This document shows positions 52,294 through 64,000 of a stretch of 64,000 nucleotides of DNA, piece by piece. The translations under genes and the position numbers were made by a program. The notes beneath the pieces were generated by a model. The model was not told the origin of the DNA and made no database searches. It worked only from the letters and a program-made list of their open reading frames with translations. Each line of letters opens with the position of its first letter. The first letter of the stretch is position 1. This DNA comes from Cycas panzhihuaensis (lineage: Eukaryota; Plantae; Cycadophyta): NCBI GenBank assembly GCA_023213395.1, contig CM041465.1, positions 153,519,741 to 153,583,740 on the forward strand, in the 5' to 3' direction.

Positions 52294-53433
52294 TCATTTT
52301 GGTTTGAAGAAATGGTGCTCCAAAGCTTCCTTAGCGGAAAGACGCTCCCTTGGGTCGAACTTCAACAAACCACGAAGCAAATCAATGAGGGCCTCGATGA
52401 GGGATCCCCATTTTATTGACAAGATTCCGTAGGCGAGGCAATCTCTGGACCGCTCGGACTACCTCTCTGGATGCACCCGTGGCCGATTGAGTTCCCTACC
52501 ATTTCTAATGTACTCCCTTCCACAATCAGCCCATTTGATCATATATTGAGGAATTGGTCCCAATACCCGTTGCATCATTGCAAGGTGTTCCAAATCATCA
52601 TCTGCGAAAAGGACATTTCCACATAATAATTCCGCCAAAATGCACCCAACACTCCACAAATCGATAGCATAACTCCATCCAACACCCATTACCACCTCGG
52701 TGCTCGGTATGCTCTCGTGGTAACTACCTTGCCATGGTACTTGGTTCTCGAATGTGGCGCATGCAAAATCTATGAGTTTAATCGCACTTGACGAGGGAAT
52801 GCACTTAGAACGATTCTTACGATGCGAAGAATTCTTGTGATATTCGGAGGAGACGAGAAGAATGTTGTCAGGCTTTAGATCAAGATGTGAGAGAGTGAGC
52901 TCATGAATGAATGCAAACCTCCAACGGTGACGTGTGAATTCTCGAATCGTAACAACGGACAAGGGTCACCGATTGTTTCTACGTAATAACTCGTATAAAC
53001 TCGGACCAAGCTCTACACAAACAATGCACACATGGGCACCATAACGAAACCAAGTCTTCAATTTGAGGGCAAACGGGATCCATTGGTATCGACTCGCTAT
53101 CGTGCGAAGAATGTCAATTTCAGTCATAGCCGCAACACCATATTGCCATTCACTGCGTATAACCTTGATGGCTACATGCTCTTGCTTTTCACCATCCCAA
53201 CAATCTAAAACTCTACCAAAAGTTCCTTCGCCCAGCTTGCTAATAATCTTGTCCCGAGATGTTATGTCTTGTCCTCCCTCAAGCACGTAGTGCCCATCTT
53301 TGTAATGGGACGCAACAAAGATGTACATGGTTACATCTCTTCTCATCACGCCCTTTTTCTTCCCGTTATTGGACCGTGACTCTTTAATACGACGACTTGT
53401 GTAAGGCTGTTTGCCATAAACTGCGCTCTCCAT
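52294..53433 (-). pseudogene. AFC: Intronless LAMMER-family (AFC/CLK-like, CMGC) Ser/Thr protein kinase; full length but disrupted as sequenced (retrocopy)
   Basis: KDGHY, LGEGTFGRV, VAIKVIR, AAMTEIDIL, HVCIV..LGPSLY, HLDLKPDNILL, IKLIDFA, off-frame HGKVVTTRAYRA(P)E, GWSYAIDLWSVGCIL, EHLAMMQRVLG and off-frame LIDLLRGLLKFDPRERLSAKEALEHHFF. ORFs 52966-53433 and 52459-52962 share a frame, separated by TGA (52966-52968). Further 1-2 nt indels; no introns. The AFC paralog number cannot be assigned. Confidence 0.93.
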
Positions 53434-53579
53434 GCCAAGAGATCAACCAAGCAATTATTTCAAGTGTGTATTCAATTATTTTTGATCCAAATTATTCAAC
53501 CGCACAAGGGACACTCTCCGATAACAATATCAAGACCTGCACACACAATAGAATCGATGTCTTACCCGCGACTTACTAC

Positions 53580-53611
53580 TATATATAGATCCACGTGTAC
53601 GTGCGACCGAC
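53580..53611 (-). promoter_or_regulatory. Putative core promoter of the kinase: TATA box, G-box, second ACGT core, DRE/CRT core
   Basis: TATATATA at 53580-53587 (about 150 nt upstream of the ATG), CACGTG at 53592-53597, ACGT at 53599-53602, ACCGAC at 53606-53611. Motif match only. Confidence 0.5.
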
Positions 53612-54049
53612 TTATAGCACAACACATAGAGACACCATAGGCATGTCCTTCTTCAGTACGTCTCTCTTCTTAGAACTCCTCCCCGTCCTCTTCCCTTAAG
53701 GAAGGATAGCATCTGATAATTTTATTGGACGGCTATGGGCTTGCGAATACTTCTCATCAGCCCCAAAACAAAACCCACTTCACAAACAACCGCATTAAGG
53801 ACACTACTAAGGAAACGGCATAGCGTGTAAAACTAAGTCAACTCATTATTTTCATCATTTACTATAATGTAACGGCTCATACTCTAGAACCTTATCTTTA
53901 ATCCTATCGCCACGGATTTATAAGGGACATGGGATGTTCTAGCGGAATGTGTCTATGGTGATGCAAATGCAAGACAAAGAAAACACAGGGCAAAAACATG
54001 GTATTGAATGAAATCTTGTATACCCATAATAAATACAAACAATACAAAA

Positions 54050-57000
54050 TAGTAAGAACTCAACCCATGGCTATTTGGGAATGCCATTTGTGAATAAAAC
54101 ATTTGAGATGGATTATGCTAGAAGGATTATTGTGGGGTTTATCACGCATTTATGGAAACATTATGTGAACCATTATGAACAACCTCAATTACTACAAAAG
54201 TAAAGTGCCAACAACAATGAAATTTATTGATGCAAATTCATCATTAGCATTGTTGAAAAGAAAAATGAGTTTAGTAGGATGAAAGAAGGAAAGAAAACGA
54301 GTTTGATCATATGTTAAATTGGCTTTCATAGAGCCAATCTTCACCAACATTTCCTAGTTTAATTAGCCAGGTCTCAATTGCTATGCAATTCAAAAGTTGG
54401 TTGCAGATATCTAGATGATGGGGAGGAACTTTAGTTTTAATGGAATTTACAGATTCTTGACCATAAACCAGAGCATATGTGGCAAGTCTGTCAGTTGTCA
54501 TGACAATGGATCAGTTGAGATATAAGGATGAATAAATTTAACAATGCTAATCAATTTCATATTTATCAATGATAGTTTTCAAAAGTGGTAATTAAGAGAA
54601 GGGTAATACAAGACAATGTGAAAGAAAAGGTAGATACACATGGTATATTTGCCAATGGAGCTATAAATGTTCAATATATTGTGATCTAAATATGAGATGA
54701 GAATAATTGGTATGGAAACGAGGTGGGGATGAGAAGTAAATTGGCAGTGTAAGCGAATGCAATGAATGTGGGCACCTTAAAAATAGAGCCATTGAGTATT
54801 AATTTAATGAGAATTAAGAGTATTGTCATAAATATGATGATTTTGATATGCAGGTAGTGATGGTCTGGATGATTGTAAAAGAAATAATGTTGGGAGGTTA
54901 ACCATGATTAGAGGTTATAAGAGAGTTAAATTCAAGAATAGTACTAACTTGTATACAATAAGGCCTGTTAAAATTGATATCTACACAGACTAAACAAAAT
55001 GATAACTATTTAGTAATAGAAGGTAATACTGTAGTTGGTAGTTTGTTGTGGGTAGTATTGATAGTAAGCATAACGATATGGGAAATAAAAGTGGTAAGCA
55101 AGATGCAATGGTATTATTTTAAGGCATTTACTTATACATGTACAATTACCTCATAATGCTATGGGGTTGGTAGGGAGTTAATGAACCATCCCATGCTGCA
55201 ATTTCCATCAATGTGACTTAAACAATTTGCACAAACTTTGCACCTTTTATATATATGCATAAACAAGGAAGTTAATAGAGAGTACCTAAGAGTTATCAAA
55301 GCACAAGAACTATTTTCATGGATCAAGGTTTGTAATTTGTTAAGGAACTCCTTACAAAGGATGTCTCTACGGTAGATGGATTGATATGAGACAATGAGAA
55401 ACTAACATGTAGTTATAAGGTCCATTCAGTAAAGAAAGACACGCATTTGGATGATAATGGTGATGGATCAAAATTAGATGGTGAATTGTTTGACATTTTC
55501 ATTAAATATAATTACGAGTTGAAGATTCTTCTAGTTGAATTACTGGTTCTAACTAGATCTTCAATTGAATAAATATGACACCAAGATTATAGACTTAGCA
55601 TTATAATTATCCTTGAAGAATTGAAGGAGGTTCTACTTAACCTAAATAAGGAGAAGCATGCAATAGATCTAAATGGGTAGGACTCTATCTCAGAAATGAG
55701 ATTTGATAAAATAGAACTCAAAGATTATGTTATTCTTTAGCATATGTACAAGAACAATAAATCTATCCTGCCTCTCATCCAAGAATGTGAGGATTTAGTT
55801 GAACTAATAACTATTAACAAATATGATTAGATGGAGAAGAGCATAAAGAATCTAAACCCCACCTTAAATTAAGACTCGACATAGTACTAAGCTTATCAAT
55901 TTTGAAATGGGTGGTGTGGCCCATAATTTATCTTTGACTCTAGTAATACAAAAGGCGATGAGGATGTTCAACGAGAACCATTAGAAGAAACAACTTGAGA
56001 GGTGACTCAAGATAATGAGATTTTATCAGCTAGATTAAAGGTGGTGGGAAGTAAGTTGTCGTAATACATTTGATCATGCCCAAGGAAGTTTATAGTCTTT
56101 AAGAATCGATCCTTATTGATAATATATGAAATTTCATTTTAAGATTGACTTTTGCCCCAAACCTTCTAATTGAAAGAAGGGGTATTTTTCACAATCAAAG
56201 TTTGAACCTTAACTCTCGACCAAAGAATTCTTCTATAAAAAGGGATAATACCTTTTTTCTTAGTGGATGTGAAAGGAGTTCTTCTCCACCATCATATCTC
56301 CTTTATGACATGTAAAGATGTTTATAATTTTTGTAAATAGGTAGTATCATGATCATTTATAATTTTGAATAGTTTTCTCTTTTGCTGATATTTTCCTTTT
56401 CATGAGATATAAATAAGCATAGTTCATATGTATTGAGTAAAAGAAGAATAAAGTATTGCTTTGAATCACTTGCTAGTGATGACTAGAAGTAAGAAGGCCT
56501 ATATTACTCCATGAATGTATAACACTAAAAATCTTTTAAGATAAAACCACACCTGGTGGTATTGATTTATTAGTTTAAACATCCTAAGAAAGAGAGTTTC
56601 TCATAAGAGGTAAGTATATTAAGGATCTTCGTCGAAGACATAAAGCTCTATGGGATAAAGGATTATGGGTTGAATAACTTATAGGAGGAAGATATTCTTG
56701 CACATAAAAGGGTTAGAATGATGAAGTTAGTGAGTAACTAAACTAAATCTTGGGAAGATGATCTCGTGGGATAGGTTGGTTCCGAGTAAGTGCGTGAAAT
56801 TCTTTACTAGATTAATATTTGATGGGAAGGGCTAGTATCCCCACTCATAAGATGGAAGAAGTGGAGGAAATGGTTGAGTAGAGTAGGTAATTTGTAGGCA
56901 AGATATTTACAATATGAAGTCCTTATAAGTTGGATTACCTGTGAGAGAAAAATAACTCCTCGTCCACACACAGATTACACTGAAGAACAAAAAAGGTAAG

Positions 57001-57289
57001 GTTGGCATAATTTGTGAGTAATATAACACCCAAAAAATAGATGTCCTATGAGATAAGGCTCTCATTGGGATGACTCTTCAAGTGGATTTTAAATTTTAGC
57101 CATTGATATTTCTAGTATGATAAAGTCAACCATGCCATTGACAAATGGAAATTTATGAGGCGATAACTAGCTTGTGGGATGTAAGCACACATTGATGAGT
57201 GTAGTAATTAATGGGCTAGCCATGAAAGGTGCCTTAATTTTTCATATTTTATATCATGATTGTATTTGGATTTAGGATGAAGTTGAGGA
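54050..57289 (-). mobile_element. Highly decayed, internally deleted Ty3/gypsy (Tat/Athila-type) gag-pol remnant
   Basis: ORF 54307-54501 (ATYALVYGQESVNSIKTKVP...WLIKL) fits the gypsy integrase C-terminal TPFxLVYGxEAV pattern. Fainter traces of a Gag core (AMAW, about 57130-57145) and an H-x-T knuckle (about 56340-56365). No clear RT or LTRs. Confidence 0.6.
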
Positions 57290-57294
57290 ATATC

Positions 57295-60200
57295 TATTAG
57301 AAAATGTGATCATACGACTTAATGTAAAGTGGGCCTCCTATTTTTATGCCTAAGTATATGAGGAATAACCTCAATTGTGGTGATTTAATGGATGTATTTG
57401 TAATTATATTTGGCACTTTAGATCTATAAATATAGATCACAATCGATATTTATAATATATAATTTTGTCATAATGTGAATATTATTCATTTGTGGGTTTT
57501 CACCTATAAGGATTTCCCATTGGCAATATGGTATCCCGTGTGATCTGTTTCTACTTGTTATCTGCCTGATGTGAAAGATCATGTTGACCTTATTTTCTTC
57601 AGTTGCATTTTCTAACATGGTATGAGAGTATGTAGGTCATGTACAGGCAGATGAACATTGTTTGAGGTCTAATCGATGGTGCCAGGTCATGCTGGCTTGC
57701 CCTCAATAGATTGGCATACCTGAGGACCCTACAGAACAGCCACGATAGTGTAGATGATCGTTGAGGATCTCGGGTGCCTTATATTCTTATTTGCAGGTAC
57801 TTTGAGCCATATGGAGGTGTGTGGATGAGTTTTCTAACTCTGTTACCAGCCATGTAAGAGTCGTTTGAACTTGGTAAAGGTGTCCTATCCCTGTTTGAAG
57901 CTGCCATTGAGTTTGGATGCCCTAGAGTCGATTATCAGCCCTTTGTTGCCGGTGGGAGAATGTAGAAACCCTAGTGAGGTTCTTGCAGTGCCACGAAGTC
58001 AATAATATGGTTAAATATTAAGGTATACTCATTAAATATTCACCCATTTGACATTTTAGGATTTGAGTAATATATGTTGCAGCCTGCTACTGTATTATAC
58101 CCTAAGTATCATCAGTATTTGACAATAGTAATATATTTAATCACCCTTGTGTTATATACATTGATTGCTTGCTGGTATATTGAACCTGCCCTTGCATAAT
58201 ATATCAGTTGCTACATTAATCGTATTAATCTCCATAATATTAATATTGCACTCTTGCAATATTCATTGTGGCGTTTTTATAAAGTCGCCTGACTTATAGA
58301 TTACATGTATATCGTTATAACGAAATAATACCCTACGTGTATATCATGATAATAGCAGTTGTGTGATATTCATCTGATCGCCCATGATTATTTTTCATTG
58401 GTTGCCTATTCTTCATATTGATATTCAATAGTCTTCACCCTGCTTGGTGGTCGAATACGACAGATTCATAGCTTGTCTGTAGTAAATTGATGCAATCCTC
58501 ATATCACCCTTTCTTTGGTGTTCACTGTATATTTTCTACAGCCTTACGTTGTGCGTTCGCCTGTGAATCTTATATATGCCTACCTGCATGAGGGATATTT
58601 GTAGTAAACACCTATGTTATAATCATTTGCAGCCATATTTATATCATCACCAAAGCTTTCATATAATATGTTATATTTTCATTCAATATAAAGTCATTTG
58701 TATTGGTTATATTGTAGTCATCACCATTGTTCTTTGTTCACTCGTATACTGGATCACCTGCTGCCAGTCCTTCATCATGTTGCCCAACATAGTCGATAAC
58801 CTACCGCATGATATATATACAGTCACACATTATACAATCTATGTGATAATGTTGTAGATGTGATGTTGCAGCCATGAATATATATCACAGTCACCGGTTA
58901 CTTATAGTTACATCACCCACCTTTGACGTCAATATCAAAGTCATACATATATCATAAATATATCATCAGGGTCATTTTTTATATTAAATTATCATGTTTT
59001 CTTTCTATTAAAAGACCTTTTCTTAAACTCTTGATCTTTTGAAGTTATATATGTTACCTTCATTAAGGTCGCTAATCTCTTGATTTGAAGTTTTATCAAC
59101 TAACTTTTTTGAATGAAATTAAGGAGACCATTGATACATGAAATGGTTGGTTGATTTACATTTGTTATTGAGGATGAGATTATACTTTAATCAAGAGGGC
59201 ATATTATTGTAATTGTCAATGTGATGTGAGTATGTATAAGAAAGGCTTATCTATGGTGTATTTAATGGTGATTGAGTACTTTCTTGCATGCATTTTGCAT
59301 GAGAAAGTTAACGAGCGACATGAGGTGCATTGTAGCTCTTCGTATATGGTTACATGAGAGAGTGTTGGTGATGACATGGGTAATCAGAGGTGAAAATGTG
59401 CTCCTTGAGTGTGTTTTACATGAGGGAGTTTATGGGCGATAAGATGGCGATGACATGGAGATAAGAGACGGTGATATGCACTTGTTGCATGTGATTACAT
59501 GATAAGTTTTGGGCATGTTTTAAGGGCAATTTTGATGCGAGATAAGGAAGAAATTAGGCAAGAGTAAGGGAAAAATTAGGCAAGTTTAATGGGTAGGTGG
59601 AGAGAAGGTTTTAAGGGTGATGTTAGGCAAGTTTGATGGGCAAAATTAGGCAAGTTGAGACGAAGATAAACATGTTCGAGATACCTTATTTTCAACTTAA
59701 TACAAACCCTGTTGCTTTGGTTAGTGTGACATTGATCATTGCATAAAATTTGTGATTTATATGATTATTCAAAGGATAGAGTGTTCTTATTCAGTATGTA
59801 TTCAAGTTCAATCGCATCAGATGTATATGAGGTGATGAAGTTTAGAATTTGCTTATATGATTGTCATTTATGATGGACCATTATACTTTGCTAGTTGGAC
59901 TATTAGCATAAGGTTTGACTTGCTTGATCTTTGGTTGACCATGGGTGCATATCTGAGTAAGTTTGATGTACAACCAAGACAGTGTGTTTGATGAAATTTG
60001 AAGTATGAATAGAAAGGTCTAAGATGAGATGCCTTAAAATCAATTATGCCTTTGTCATGGTATGTACAATTAGCCTATCAGGTTGCATTACATGTGAGTA
60101 TCATGATACAGATGGTGAGGTTAGTGCATGTTGTTATTTGCATCTTATGGTTTGATGGTAAAAGATATAGCGGGCAGGTATGGGTACCCCTATTGTGACC

Positions 60201-61506
60201 GTTCGTGGCATAATTTCCCATCATATGTTGTGTTTGGACCAAGTTAGAAGCCTTCCATTTATTTCCATTGGTGCATTAGAGTGCACACATCTTAGACGAA
60301 GATTGTAGCATCAGGATTGGAAGCCTTTGAAGTATATGGGTTGTTTAGCTTATAAACTGTGTGATCTGTAGGGGAAATGCATTGTAATCAGTATAGATGT
60401 TATAGAGTTATTGACGTATCATGCTGTGTATCATTTGGCTATAGGTTTTATCCTTCATTACTTCACTTTTCTGAGTCATTATTCAGTAGGTATGGAGGTT
60501 TGTTTGCCTAACATTGTACTCGAGATAGAAGTATGACTTAGTGATAGGTTGATGATGAGGAGTTGTTAGATGGTGGTACATGGATTGCAATCCCATATTC
60601 CATTAATAGTTGAAGACCTACAAGATGATGGAAGATCATAGATCAGCATGCCAATCAAAGCTTGAGATGGATACCAACATTCTAGTGAGTATAGATTCAC
60701 GATGAAGAGCTATATTGAAGAAAGAACCTGGTCAGATTTATAAGGTTATGTAGGATTTCTAGAAGGAAGAAGGATTGAGGTATGATGAGACATTTGTACT
60801 AGTCTCTATGTTGGTTTTGGTCCATTTGATCCTTACTTCAACAGCTTCAGTTAGTTGGGTATCTTATCATATCATATCAGTGTTCCTTAACGAAGACTTA
60901 AAGAGGCAATTCACATGGTTGGAGTGTCTCATCCTCTTAGTTTAGTCAAAGGAATATAGCTGAGTTGAATGGAGAAAGTGTTAGGTGTAGAGAGACCTGT
61001 ATGGTTGCAAGTTTGTTGGAGCACTTCTAAAGAATTGGGCACATACCAGGTATGGCGCCATTACATCTAAGTGAAGATTGCTATATCGATGTTCATGCAT
61101 ATTGGGTTAGGTAAGGTTATCCTTATAAGGGGATTTATTCCCAATGATAATCCTTGTTGACTCACATTTACATTAAGAGGGGATGTTAGAAAATGTGTTC
61201 ATACCACCTAATGTAAAGTAGGCCTTATATTTTTATGCCTAAGTATATGGAGGAATAGTCTCAATTGTGGTGACCTAATAGATATATTTACAATTATATT
61301 TGATATTTTAGATCTGTAAATATAGATCAAATTCTATCTTTGTAGTATATCATTTTATCATAATATGAATATTATTCATTTGTAGGTTTTCACCCGTAAG
61401 GGTTTTCCACGGTAATATGGTGTCCCGTGTGATCTGTTTCTAATTGTTATCTGCTTAATGTGAAAGATCTTATCAACCTTGTTTGTTTCAATTATATTTT
61501 CTAATA
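57295..61506 (+). mobile_element. Element C, second copy (no nested D)
   Basis: LTRs 57295-57617 and 61184-61506, PBS tggtatgagag from 57618, PPT aagagggga, perfect TSD atatc (57290-57294, 61507-61511). Confidence 0.92.
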
Positions 61507-62084
61507 ATATCTATAATAAAGGTGTAGATCATAGCTCTCTTTTTAGTTTTCATAGATCCTAGTTCTATTTTTTATGATCCCATTACATCTAGTAATAAAG
61601 TTAAAGGTTCTTAATTCCATCTCCTAGATGTATGGTGCATATTGGAGAAACTCCATGAATTATCTCTCACATTCATCCATTGTTCTCTTTTCTTACTTCA
61701 AATCATTAGTGGATTACATCCTCTACTAAAAATATTACTAAAATAAATACTTTTGTTTGAAGTACTTGATGAATTTGTTCTACCTTTTTTTTTTTTAAAG
61801 GTATTTGTATGTTCTAGATTCTACCTTAGATTTCTTTATATATGGTTATATATTTTCATTCCTTAATGAAATTATTGAGCTACAAAATCTGTACTGAGTG
61901 GCCCTTAGCTTACCTATCATTATCCTTTCCACCCAACATATGTATCAAGTGGTCTTGCATATTCCTCCTCATAACACATAGCGCTGTGCATTAACTCTTC
62001 CACAATTCTAGGCCTATAGATATTACTTATGTTTTTTATGATTTCATTCAATCTACTTATAAAATTAGAGGTCTCTAATTTCAT

Positions 62085-64000
62085 TGAATGAGCTAAAACC
62101 AAGTTGTGATACTAAATGTAGAAAAATAAATAATGGAGAATATGGTAAAACATAAACACATAATTAATACATTGTTGCATAAATAGAAAATCCTTTGTAT
62201 TTAATCCATCTTTGAGAGAGAGTATTACAAATATCCAAAAGTAGGCAGTGTCTAAAGTTACGAGGGTTGCACACCCCTCTAAATACATAGTTTAGGGGAG
62301 GAGGGAAACTCATCAACCCTTAAAATTTAAATAATAATAAAATAATAAAAACTTAACTCAAAATAATTTATCTCAAATTAACTCAAATCAACTTAAACTT
62401 ACCTTATACTTACCTTCACATGTGAGCACCCACGTGTAAATTAATGAGAGTGAGGTGTGCACTCTTGGTTGAAAGGTAGGAGTGGGATGATGATCATTAA
62501 CCCCAACATTCTCCCCCTTAATGGTCATCATGAACAACTTTGTCTTCTCTTTAAACTTATGAAATTTAAACTTGAAGAAAACTTTGAAGATATATTTTGT
62601 AACTTGATCTTTATTAACTTACTTCATCCTTTTAGTAATGTGTGTGTCATTTCCATTGATTGGTGTAAAAAATCTGCAAGTAAATATAGCTTGATTCAAA
62701 TGTGGAGGTGTGGCTACAACTTTGACTTTAACTTTATCTTTTGAAATCTTTATAATATGAGCAATTGTCATATCATCATATTTCTCCCCCTGAAATGGAG
62801 GATCAGGTTCTTGTGTAACAAGATCACCATGTATTTGACTTGAATTTTCCTTAGTCTTTTCTTTACAATTCACCTGTTCTGGCACCTGTCTCACATATTC
62901 AACAATATCAATATTAAATTCATTGAAAGTATCTCCCTTATAAGTGGAATGTAGGATGTCCCATACGGTTTTGAAGGTTGCCATTTCACAAACTTTAGAA
63001 AATGCATTATCATCTATAGTGCGAAATAGGAAAGTTAGGGCTTCATTGTCTTTTTTAGTATTTTCCTTAATATTAACATCATATTCATCTTGTAAGTATT
63101 TCTAAAGATTATGTATAATAAAATAATTTTACATTGTCTTATGCCATAGTGAGAAATTATGGCCATCAAATATAGGAAATTGTACTTTATTAAGATTGAT
63201 TGCCATTTTATAGAAAACTTGAGTACATAAAAATGAATATGCTTTCACCAAGTCAAAGAATTCAATAAATGAATAAACTTATATGATGTCAAATATACTC
63301 TTTGAAAGAAATACAATGCCATTTGAAAGTGAAAAAATGAAAGATACCTTTAGAAAGTAAGTAAATTAAATACAACTTTTATAGATGCAGTAAGGAAATA
63401 ATATTTTCAACAAGGATGAATAAAAAAATGCTTTTTAATAAGTGTGTGCCTTTCGAATAAATGACAAACTTATAAGATATAATTTCTGAATTGAAACTTT
63501 GATAATGAAAAATAAAGAATTCTTAACCTTTTAATTTTTTGAATGAATAAATATAAACTTTCAATGCAAGAAATTCTTTGCCTTAAAGAAGATATATAAA
63601 GTTAAAAATTGAGATATATATGTATATTTTTACTTTAGAAAAATAAAGAAGTAACTTACAAAAAAATGAATTGTACCTGTTTAAGTTGTAGGTCCAATTG
63701 GCTTATCACTTGCTTAATGATCAATTTCTGTAACAAAACAACTTAAAAGAAACTTATATGAAATTTAAATGAGAGTTTCAAACATGTATCATAAGTGATC
63801 AATAAGAAATGAAATAAAATACTCCTTAAGAAAGGGTTTAGAAGATAGGCCTATTAAGATATACTAAATGCTCATGTTTAACAGCTTTAAAACTATACTA
63901 AACAATGTCAGAATAAAGTAAAATTATACCCGTTTCAAGATCAATGAAAAAACTATTTAATGGAACTGACCGTTTTGAAAATAGGTTCTTACAAGTCAAT
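62085..64000 (-). mobile_element. Element B, another copy (runs off window end)
   Basis: 3' LTR 62085-62508 after TSD half ttcat, PPT complement, gag ORF 62619-62984 (TFKTVWDILHSTYKG); leader colinear with 35450-36196. Confidence 0.9.

Larger units (their letters stand above)
52162..64000. repeat. Large segmental duplication unit, paralogous to 21758-36196
   Basis: Colinear to the window end; carries the empty sites for the solo LTR and element D. Confidence 0.96.

Noticed and set aside
52963-52968. Programmed readthrough or RNA editing of the in-frame TGA (context TGA-C)
   Set aside because: It aligns to an Arg codon, so CGA>TGA deamination is sufficient. The context lacks the CUAG readthrough motif, other disruptions exist, and U-to-C editing is organellar.
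52459-53433. Two separate genes or a split-kinase system from ORFs 52966-53433 and 52459-52962
   Set aside because: They are the N- and C-halves of one kinase in the same frame; the second has no true ATG start.
53538-53566. Mini-intron in the kinase 5' UTR (GTAAG...TGCAG on the minus strand)
   Set aside because: Only about 29 nt, below the normal plant spliceosomal intron size; no transcript evidence.
53063-53588. Plus-strand ORFs 53063-53290 and 53397-53588
   Set aside because: Antisense shadows of the GC-richer kinase region with no independent evidence.

Overview
AT-rich, CpG-depleted plant nuclear DNA; a large-genome seed plant such as a gymnosperm is suspected but not demonstrated. 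It consists almost entirely of nested, decayed LTR retrotransposons arranged as a multi-generation tandem segmental duplication: 21758-36196 recurs at 52162-64000, and 1-7382 recurs at 40981-47973 with swapped blocks. The only host-type gene is an intronless LAMMER (AFC/CLK-family) protein kinase on the minus strand, present three times at three stages of decay. One copy is full length (52294-53433) with one in-frame TGA, several small indels and a compact upstream motif cluster. A second is 5'-deleted (21890-22474), and a third is an old C-terminal relic (49389-49502). The two younger copies sit directly 3' of, and in the same orientation as, a decayed Ty3/gypsy integrase. Also present are a decayed Ty1/copia element, three families of non-autonomous gag-only (TR-GAG-like) elements including one very young insertion, a 2-kb gypsy derivative and a solo LTR. 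Several junctions carry microhomology, templated filler or fold-back signatures. No RNA genes or CRISPR arrays were found. All alignments were done by eye.
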